Of a stretch of 64,000 bases of DNA, positions 40,098-47,004 are shown piece after piece. This DNA is from Bacillota bacterium (GTDB taxonomy: Bacteria; Bacillota; Clostridia; Peptostreptococcales; Anaerovoracaceae). The DNA is taken from the NCBI GenBank assembly GCA_017472365.1, contig JAFUQN010000158.1:1659-65658 (forward strand). Reading direction: 5' to 3'. Within the stretch, counting starts at the first letter, position 1. Each line of letters opens with the position of its first letter. The notes beneath the pieces are model-generated. The model saw only the letters and a list, made by a program, of their open reading frames with translations. It was not told the DNA's origin and ran no database searches. The position numbers were made by a program, and so were the translations under genes.

Positions 40098-40679
40098 ATG
40101 GTAAAAATCCATTACAAGGGGAAATTCAGCGGAAATGTGAAGGATCTTCCGCAGAGAGAACACCCGGAAGGATCGGTCAAGTTCAAAGAGGCGGAAAGTC
40201 CGGGAGAACTGGCAAAACTGATGGGCGGCTGGTCTCTTGGAATTTTAGTTGCGACCATTGTGGGACTATTTTTGAGAGGTGGGATCCAAGCCTGGAGCTT
40301 TCTTGGTTGTCTGGCATCGGGCTTGATTCTGTTTCCACATGAATATTTGCATGCTATTTGTTTTAAAAAAGAGGCTTATGTATATACAAATTGGAAGATG
40401 GCAATGTTATTTGTAGTGGGAACGGAGGATATGACGCGAAACCGCTTTGTGTTCATGTCGTTATTACCGAATGTGGTATTCGGACTGATTCCGTATGTAA
40501 TGTTCCTGATTTGGCCGCAGCTGAATGTTCTGGGAACGCTGGGAACACTGGCTTTGAGCATGGGCGTGGGAGATTATTACAATGTGTATAACGCGATAAC
40601 GCAGATGCCTAAGGGAGCGCTGACGTATCTCTGCGGATTTCATTCGTATTGGTATATTCCGAAAAAAGAGTCGATGTAA
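40098..40679 (+). CDS. DUF3267-like membrane protein (putative zincin-type metallopeptidase fold, HExxH)
   Basis: 193 aa. HEYLHAICF motif between TM helices. GGGGAG RBS. Own terminator. Confidence 0.7.
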   Translation: MVKIHYKGKFSGNVKDLPQREHPEGSVKFKEAESPGELAKLMGGWSLGILVATIVGLFLRGGIQAWSFLGCLASGLILFPHEYLHAICFKKEAYVYTNWKMAMLFVVGTEDMTRNRFVFMSLLPNVVFGLIPYVMFLIWPQLNVLGTLGTLALSMGVGDYYNVYNAITQMPKGALTYLCGFHSYWYIPKKESM

Positions 40680-40692
40680 ATCGACTTTTTTA
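40666..40692 (+). terminator. Terminator of the DUF3267 gene (includes its stop codon)
   Basis: gagtcgat-gtaa-atcgac followed by tttttt. Confidence 0.7.
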
Positions 40693-40701
40693 TTGGGAAT
40701 A

Positions 40702-40757
40702 TTGACAATATCGAATATCGATAATATAATACAGACAAATAATATCGATATTCGATA
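40702..40757 (+). promoter_or_regulatory. Consensus promoter of the padR operon with two 15-nt sites that are exact reverse complements of each other
   Basis: TTGACA (40702-07), a 17-nt spacer, TATAAT (40725-30). tatcgaatatcgata (40709-23, inside the spacer) and tatcgatattcgata (40743-57, just downstream of the -10) are reverse complements. Confidence 0.7.
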
Positions 40758-40772
40758 AAGGGGGATTTACAT

Positions 40773-41156
40773 ATGCCAAGAGAAAAATATCAAACACTGA
40801 CAGAGCAGATGTTCTACATACTGGTTTGTCTTCAGGTGGAACAGTGCGGAATGGATATCATGGAAAAGGTGGCTCTGATGACGGATGGCCGCGTATCCAT
40901 CGGTCCGGGAACGTTATATCACTTACTGGAAAACTTTGAACAGGCCGGAATGATCCGTGAAACCAAGGTGGAAGGCCGCCGGAGAAGTTATCTGATCACC
41001 GAACAGGGGAAAAAGGCGCTGGAGGAAGAGTATCGAAGACTTCAGAGCGTGATCCTGGATTATGAGTATTACGGTGTGGAACAGATCGAAGCCATCGGAG
41101 AGGTGAGCGCAGATGAGAGAAAGAAAGTACGAAATCAACAGGTATGCCCTGTATGA
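40773..41156 (+). CDS. PadR-family transcriptional regulator
   Basis: 127 aa. Winged-helix core MFYILVCLQVEQCGMDIMEKV...GPGTLYHLLENFEQAGMI...EGRRRSYLITEQGKKAL. Preceded by a consensus promoter with paired inverted repeats. Confidence 0.88.
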   Translation: MPREKYQTLTEQMFYILVCLQVEQCGMDIMEKVALMTDGRVSIGPGTLYHLLENFEQAGMIRETKVEGRRRSYLITEQGKKALEEEYRRLQSVILDYEYYGVEQIEAIGEVSADERKKVRNQQVCPV

Positions 41157-42000
41157 TGATCAGGGAATTGAAGAACATCTGAGCACCATGGCAGCGAAGG
41201 GCTGGATCATCGAACATATGAATCAGTTAATCTGGTGGTACCGACGAATCGAACCTCAGGAACTGGAATTTGCAGTTACTTATGATTTGGAAATGAATCT
41301 TTATGAACCCATTCCCTCGAAACGACAAATAAGACTGCAGGAAATCAGTGAACTGGGTGGTTGGGGATTTGTGACGGACTGGACCATGATGCTAGTGTTT
41401 TGCCGTCCTAAAGATGAGGAAGGAATCCCGTTTCAGACCGATCCGGAAGTGACATTAAAACTGTTCCGGGACATGGGGATCAGGGATTTGACATTAGGGG
41501 TCGTATTGTTCGGAATATGGACGCTGTTCGCTATGACATATTCAAAATACGAATCCATGGGATTCAGCCCCACATTATTGTTGTTGTTTTGGGGACTGGT
41601 TCTGTTTACAACGGGTGTATTATTGTCCGAGCTTTGGTTCTGGCTTTGGTATCGGCGTTCGCGGATTTCCGTCGATCATGGTGGAGAATGTGTTCCCGCA
41701 GGAAAAGCATATCGGATCAGCAGAGGAATGGTTGTATTAGCTGCGATGATTGGACTGGGATATTGGATCGCGGCTTATGCATCCTTAGGACACTTGGCAA
41801 TTGGCAGCTTTTATATCATCGCGATGATCGTCATGATATTCGCTGAGGGAGCGGTCAGGAACCGCAATCGAAGACGGGGGACATCGGGAAAGACGAATTA
41901 CTGGATCGTATTCGTGATGGGCTTCTTAATTTACCACTTGATTCGTATGTGTGCTAAGTGGTGGCTGATGCCCTATGCCATCGAACACGGCTGGTTCTAG
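41113..42000 (+). CDS. DUF2812-like membrane protein (paralog 1)
   Basis: 295 aa. N-terminus YEINRYALYDDQGIEEHLSTMAAKGWIIEHMNQLIWWYRRIEPQELEFAVTY is typical of DUF2812. GGAGAGGTGA RBS at 41098-41107. Overlaps the last 44 nt of padR. Confidence 0.75.
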   Translation: MRERKYEINRYALYDDQGIEEHLSTMAAKGWIIEHMNQLIWWYRRIEPQELEFAVTYDLEMNLYEPIPSKRQIRLQEISELGGWGFVTDWTMMLVFCRPKDEEGIPFQTDPEVTLKLFRDMGIRDLTLGVVLFGIWTLFAMTYSKYESMGFSPTLLLLFWGLVLFTTGVLLSELWFWLWYRRSRISVDHGGECVPAGKAYRISRGMVVLAAMIGLGYWIAAYASLGHLAIGSFYIIAMIVMIFAEGAVRNRNRRRGTSGKTNYWIVFVMGFLIYHLIRMCAKWWLMPYAIEHGWF

Positions 42001-42078
42001 AAAATCACAGCGGCAACCCGCTTCGCGGAGCTGCGGAGCAATGCACGTGCAGTTTGGAGTTGTCGATCTATAAAAGGG

Positions 42079-43548
42079 GTGAGAGATGTGAGAAATACGA
42101 AGTATAGATTAGAGAGTTTTCAGTTATATGATTTCAGTGGGATAGAAGAACATCTGACGAAGATGGCCCGGAGGGGCTGGGCGCTGGAAAAAGTCGGAGC
42201 GATTTTCTGGAAGTATCGTCGGATCGAACCGCAGGAACTGCAGTTCAGCGTAACGTATTATCCGGAAGCATCGGTATACGATCCCGGTCCCACGGAAAGT
42301 CAGGAACGGCTTTACGATATCTGTGAAGAAATGGGCTGGAGCTTTGTGGGGGAATGGTGGCAGATGCAGATATTCTCCCGTCCAGTGGAAACGACCGGAG
42401 GCGGCGGTGCGGGGAGCGAAGTGGTTGCCCTGGAGACCGATCCACAGGTGAAGCTGGCCAACATCCAGCGGACCATGAAACGCAGCGGCGGAGCCGGAAA
42501 CCTGGTATCTCTGATGATGATTCCCATGTTTCTTATGATGATGTTCATGAGAAAAAGCGTTATGGAACGGTTGACAGATGCATACACACTCTTTGCACTG
42601 GCAGAGTATGCGATCCTGGCAGTCTATGCTCTGACGAACCTGGCATTTTATGGGGTTTGGTATAAAAAAGCGAAGCTTGCTGCTGACCGGGGAGAAGAGC
42701 TCCCGCGCATCAATGGCGGGTATCGCATCCTGGGAAGAATCTATATTGTAACTGCATTTATATCCATGTTCTTCTGGGGACGATACTTTGGAAAGGCCAT
42801 GTATTACATCGTGGGCGCCCTGGTGTTGGGAGGGTGTCTGATCAGTACCATTGCAGCAGAACAGGTACGGTTGGGATTAAAACGACGGGGACTATCCAGA
42901 GAAACGAATCGGAAAGCCACTACAGCAACCATCGTTGTGATATCTCTGGCAATGACGGTCGTAATGACTTCCGTTTTAGTGTTTGGTGTGACCCATCACT
43001 GGTTTCGGGAAGGATCTCAGCCTACGGAATACACAACGTATGCGAAGAATGGTTCCAGCTGGACCTGGGATGTGTATCACGATGATATCCCGCTGGCGGT
43101 AGAGGATTTGGTGAATGTGGACTATGAACATTATTCCAGAGAGCGCCGGTCGGATCAACGGTCGGTCCTGGCCCGGCGTGTGAACTTCCAACAGAACGGG
43201 TTTCCTGATGGAGAGGATCATGAAGAACTGGAATATGAGATTTTAGACACGAAACTGCTGTACGAAACATGTCTGAACGATATGATGGAGACTGAAACCA
43301 GGCGGGGTGGAGCACCCTTCGGTGACCAGACGTTCCGTACAGATAAAATGGAGACTCTGAAAGCGTTGTGGAACGCAGAGGAAGTGTATCAGCTCCACAG
43401 AGAGGATGGCCCACAGCCGCTGTACATCATCGCCTGGACAAAGGAACATGGTGGGAAAGATCGCATTGTGAAGGTGGAATTCAGTTGGGAACCTGCGGAA
43501 GAACAACTGAAGATTGCCGGTGAAAAGCTGCTGAATGCACAGCTGTAA
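42079..43548 (+). CDS. DUF2812-like membrane protein (paralog 2, with extra C-terminal soluble domain)
   Basis: 489 aa. The N-terminal roughly 100 aa are clearly paralogous to the preceding gene (YRLESFQLYDFSGIEEHLTKMARRGWALEKVGAIFWKYRRIEPQELQFSVTY). Start is GTG at 42079 or GTG at 42088, behind AAAAGGGG. Confidence 0.75.
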   Translation: MRDVRNTKYRLESFQLYDFSGIEEHLTKMARRGWALEKVGAIFWKYRRIEPQELQFSVTYYPEASVYDPGPTESQERLYDICEEMGWSFVGEWWQMQIFSRPVETTGGGGAGSEVVALETDPQVKLANIQRTMKRSGGAGNLVSLMMIPMFLMMMFMRKSVMERLTDAYTLFALAEYAILAVYALTNLAFYGVWYKKAKLAADRGEELPRINGGYRILGRIYIVTAFISMFFWGRYFGKAMYYIVGALVLGGCLISTIAAEQVRLGLKRRGLSRETNRKATTATIVVISLAMTVVMTSVLVFGVTHHWFREGSQPTEYTTYAKNGSSWTWDVYHDDIPLAVEDLVNVDYEHYSRERRSDQRSVLARRVNFQQNGFPDGEDHEELEYEILDTKLLYETCLNDMMETETRRGGAPFGDQTFRTDKMETLKALWNAEEVYQLHREDGPQPLYIIAWTKEHGGKDRIVKVEFSWEPAEEQLKIAGEKLLNAQL

Positions 43549-43640
43549 TTGAAAAAATTACATCTGAAAATTTCACATAGAGACGTTTCTTTGCGTCCAT
43601 CCTAAGGTTGCGAAGCTGCGTTCGATGGTGCGGAAAAAGA

Positions 43641-43676
43641 GCCGCGCCGACGGCGCGGCGGTTGCCAGAACGAGAG
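43641..43676 (+). repeat. GC-rich hairpin + TTGCC..AGAA.CGA.AGG leader module (copy 1, upstream of the small lipoprotein gene)
   Basis: gccgcgcc-gac-ggcgcggc then ggttgccagaacgagagg. Closely resembles 63580-63612. Confidence 0.35.
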
Positions 43677-43692
43677 GAAAGGAGTGGAACGC

Positions 43693-43977
43693 ATGAGACG
43701 TGTAAGATGGATCGTGGCTGCAATTTTGATTCTGGCCATGGTGATGCTGAATGGATGTTCCGGACGGGGTACGGTGGAAGACAGCGTGACCGATGATGGA
43801 AACAATAGCGGAAACGGCGGGATTTTAAGCGATATCGCCGATGGCGTAGAAGATGGGATCGATGAGATCCGGGATGGAATGGATACCATCGAAGATGACA
43901 CCAGAACGGACCTCGGAAATGACGGAACCGTTGGAAACAACGGAGCCGGAGGATCCGGAACGAATATGACCGAGTAG
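43693..43977 (+). CDS. Small Asp/Gly/Asn-rich predicted lipoprotein, function unknown
   Basis: ATG at 43693 is 9 nt after AAAGGAG. Signal peptide plus lipobox (AILILAMVMLNGC). The mature part is acidic and low complexity (DGIDEIRDGMDTIEDD). Confidence 0.55.
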   Translation: MRRVRWIVAAILILAMVMLNGCSGRGTVEDSVTDDGNNSGNGGILSDIADGVEDGIDEIRDGMDTIEDDTRTDLGNDGTVGNNGAGGSGTNMTE

Positions 43978-43989
43978 TGAGAAAAGCTG

Positions 43990-44022
43990 CATTGCAGGAA
44001 CGACCCTGTAATGTGGCTTTTT
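43990..44022 (+). terminator. Possible terminator after the small lipoprotein gene
   Basis: cattgcagg-aacgac-cctgtaatg (one G-U pair) followed by tggcttttt. Confidence 0.45.
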
Positions 44023-44087
44023 CGTTCGTGTGTGGTATAATATCATTGGAAAGTTTTGCGATTATCGCTTAAATATAAAGGAGAACT

Positions 44088-46316
44088 ATGGATTATAAAG
44101 AACAGATTCTGGAACTGCTGAGTTCCAAAGACTATATCCCCATGTCAGATGAAGAGCTGGTCCGTTTTTTTCAACTGGAGGGAAAAGAAATCGGAACCTT
44201 TATCGGCCAGCTGGACGAAATGTATGAAGGCGGTCAGGTATTTCAAACAAAGCGGGAAAAGTACGTTCTCAGTGGAACGCTGGGGATTGTAACAGGGACG
44301 CTTCAGAAACACAAAAAGGGGTTCGGTTTCGTTATTCCTGCAGAGGAAGAACAGCGGGAAGCCGGAGATATTTTCGTGTCCGAAGAAAACATGCACTGGG
44401 CTATGAACGGTGATCTGGTGGCGGTGAAGCTGTTGAAGGGACAGGGAGCACATAAGCGCCGGGAGGGCGCGGTTGCCCGTATCATGAAACACGCGCATGA
44501 AGAATTGGTGGGTACGTTTTATGCAAGAAAAGGCTTCGGTTTTTTGGTGCCGGATGATCCGAGACTGAACGAGGATGTGTTCGTCAGCCAGAACGACTGG
44601 AATGGAGCGCTGACCGGAGATAAAATCGTCGTAAAAATTACACAGTGGCCCAACGGAGAACGCAATGCAGAGGGTGTCGTCACGGAAATACTGGCGAAGG
44701 ATGGAGAACCGGGCGGTGATATTAAGGCATTGATCCGTCAATATAAAAAAACGAAAGAGTTTCCGGCGGAAGTTCAGGCGGAAGCTGATTCTGTGGAGAC
44801 GGTTCTGGAAGAACGGACCACTTCCCAATGGGAAGATCTGGGACGCAGAGACCTGCGGGATGAACTGGTCATCACCATCGACGGGGCAGATTCGAAAGAC
44901 TTTGACGATGCAGTGTCGGTAAGACGGCTGGAAAACGGGAACTGGTTGTTATCGGTTCACATCGCCGACGTGACTCATTACGTGAGAGAAGGTAAGCCGC
45001 TGGACCGCGAAGCCTGGAATCGCGGGACCAGTATCTATATTCTGAATCAGGTGATTCCGATGCTGCCGGAACGGCTGTCCAATGGGATCTGCAGCTTAAA
45101 TCCCGGCGAGGACCGTCTGACGTTGTCCGTGGATATGGAAATTGACAGCAGAGGTCAGATCGTTGCGCACGAAATATATGAGGCAGTCATCCGCTCCAGA
45201 GAGCGGATGGTCTATACCGATGTATCGGATATGTTGGAAGATGAAACGGCTCCTCAGTGGGAGCAGTATGGACATCTCAGAGAATTGCTTTTAGACATGG
45301 AAGAGCTGGCGGGACTTCTGCGCCGTCGCCGCGAGGACCACGGAAGCATCGACTTTGACCTGGACGAGAGCCGGATTACGTTGGATGATGAGGGAAGACC
45401 GGTGGACATCGGGATCGCGGAAAGAAGAATCGCAAATAAAATCATCGAAGATTTTATGTTGGCGGCCAACGAGACTGTGGCAGAGCACTTCTACTGGATG
45501 GGAGTACCGTTTGTGTATCGCGTTCACGATAAGCCGCAGGCTGACCGGATCAGTGAATTGAAACGGTTTTTGGGAAGATTCGGACTGACGCTGAAAGGAA
45601 GCGCCGATTCGATTCACCCGAAGGCCCTGAACGAGCTTTTAAAACAGGCTGAGGAACTGGAAGAACAGCATGTGATCAATACGGTGACGCTGCGGTCCAT
45701 GCAGAAGGCTGTCTACGGTCCGGAATGTCTGGGACATTTCGGCCTGGGAATGAAGTATTATTGTCACTTCACATCGCCCATTCGAAGATATCCCGACCTG
45801 ATGATCCACCGGATCATCAAGGAATCGCTTCACGGCCAGCTGACTGCGGAACGCATGGATCAACTGGCGAAGCTGGTGGAAGAAGCTTCGACACAATCTT
45901 CTCTGACGGAACGTCAGGCGCAGGAAATGGAACGAGAAGCTGAAAAAATGAAGATGACCGAGTATATGGCGCAGTATATTGGTGAACTGTTCGACGGTAT
46001 CATCAGCAGCGTCACCAACTTCGGCTTTTTCGTTCAGCTGGAAAACACCGTGGAGGGTCTGGTGAGAGCCGCTGATCTGACGGATGACTATTATATTTTT
46101 GAACCGGAAAAATATCGCTTGATCGGTGAAATGTCCCGTAATGTATACGGATTGGGTGACCGGATCACCATCCGCGTTGTCAGGGCAAACGTCGCCAGCC
46201 GGGAAATCGACTTTGAATTGGCAGATTTGCCGAAGCGGGGCGGATACAAGGGAGGAAGAAAAGGAGGACGACCGCATGAAACTAAAAAGATTCGTGGGCG
46301 GAAATTTAGAAAGTAA
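44088..46316 (+). CDS. rnr: Ribonuclease R
   Basis: 742 aa. Cold-shock-like N-terminal domains, RNB catalytic domain (DGADSKDFDDAVS, HFGLGMKYYCHFTSPIRRYPDL), S1 domain, and a basic C-terminal tail. Confidence 0.95.
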   Translation: MDYKEQILELLSSKDYIPMSDEELVRFFQLEGKEIGTFIGQLDEMYEGGQVFQTKREKYVLSGTLGIVTGTLQKHKKGFGFVIPAEEEQREAGDIFVSEENMHWAMNGDLVAVKLLKGQGAHKRREGAVARIMKHAHEELVGTFYARKGFGFLVPDDPRLNEDVFVSQNDWNGALTGDKIVVKITQWPNGERNAEGVVTEILAKDGEPGGDIKALIRQYKKTKEFPAEVQAEADSVETVLEERTTSQWEDLGRRDLRDELVITIDGADSKDFDDAVSVRRLENGNWLLSVHIADVTHYVREGKPLDREAWNRGTSIYILNQVIPMLPERLSNGICSLNPGEDRLTLSVDMEIDSRGQIVAHEIYEAVIRSRERMVYTDVSDMLEDETAPQWEQYGHLRELLLDMEELAGLLRRRREDHGSIDFDLDESRITLDDEGRPVDIGIAERRIANKIIEDFMLAANETVAEHFYWMGVPFVYRVHDKPQADRISELKRFLGRFGLTLKGSADSIHPKALNELLKQAEELEEQHVINTVTLRSMQKAVYGPECLGHFGLGMKYYCHFTSPIRRYPDLMIHRIIKESLHGQLTAERMDQLAKLVEEASTQSSLTERQAQEMEREAEKMKMTEYMAQYIGELFDGIISSVTNFGFFVQLENTVEGLVRAADLTDDYYIFEPEKYRLIGEMSRNVYGLGDRITIRVVRANVASREIDFELADLPKRGGYKGGRKGGRPHETKKIRGRKFRK

Positions 46317-46866
46317 CGGTTATGTGATCTATCAGAAACCGGGCGGAACGGCCTGGATCATCGATCCCGGCTACAATCCGGACAAGTTTCTGAAGTTCCT
46401 GAAGGAAAACGATCTGAAGCTCCAGGGGATCCTTCTGACCCATCATCACTACGATCACACCGGTGGGGTAGATAAGATCAGCTTTGAAACGGATTGTAAG
46501 GTCTGGATCCATATCAATGATGCTGATATGTACAAGAAACCGGCAGAATTCCTCTACGACGGTGACGTGATCGATGTGGATGGAGAAGCGTTGAAGGTGA
46601 TCCATACGCCGGGTCATACCGAGGGAGGAATCTGTCTCATGGCAGAAAAAAGCCGCCTGGCTTTCACGGGAGATACGTTGTTCAATAAAGAAGTTGGACG
46701 CATCGATCTGGAGGATGGAAGCCTGAAGAAAATGGAGCGTTCTCTGAAAGATATCATCAACAAGTGGCCCAATGATATCACCGTATATCCCGGACATGGG
46801 CCGGAAGCCACAATGAAGTTCGTCAAAGAAAAAAATCCGGAGTTTTTGGAGATCCTGGCACTGTAA
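46276..46866 (+). CDS. MBL-fold metallo-hydrolase (glyoxalase II-like)
   Basis: Start set to the ATG at 46276 behind AAGGAGGA (46261-46268). THHHYDHTGG zinc motif. Overlaps the last 41 nt of rnr. Confidence 0.85.
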   Translation: MKLKRFVGGNLESNGYVIYQKPGGTAWIIDPGYNPDKFLKFLKENDLKLQGILLTHHHYDHTGGVDKISFETDCKVWIHINDADMYKKPAEFLYDGDVIDVDGEALKVIHTPGHTEGGICLMAEKSRLAFTGDTLFNKEVGRIDLEDGSLKKMERSLKDIINKWPNDITVYPGHGPEATMKFVKEKNPEFLEILAL

Positions 46867-46871
46867 AAACG

Positions 46872-46900
46872 TTGAAATCTCAATCTATTTGTGATATAAT
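46872..46900 (+). promoter_or_regulatory. Consensus promoter with extended -10 upstream of der
   Basis: TTGAAA (46872-77), a 17-nt spacer ending in TGa, then TATAAT (46895-46900). Confidence 0.7.
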
Positions 46901-46948
46901 CTATTATCTATGTGGACTCACAAGTTACTGGAATAGGCGCGAAATACA

Positions 46949-46974
46949 ATGCGCGGACTGAACGGCGCATTTTT
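46949..46974 (+). terminator. Terminator-like hairpin inside the der leader (candidate attenuator)
   Basis: atgcgc - 10-nt loop - gcgcat followed by tttt. The 5' arm can alternatively pair with gcgc at 46937-46940. Confidence 0.4.
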
Positions 46975-47004
46975 CGCATGTAAAGATATAATAGGAGATA
47001 ACAA

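Noticed and set aside
43641-43659. GC-rich hairpins as guanidine-II (mini-ykkC) riboswitch hairpins
   Set aside because: That class needs ACGR tetraloops on two tandem hairpins. Here the best pairing gives 3-nt loops (GAC, GGA), there is only one hairpin per locus, and the downstream genes (lipoprotein, miaB) are unrelated to guanidine export.
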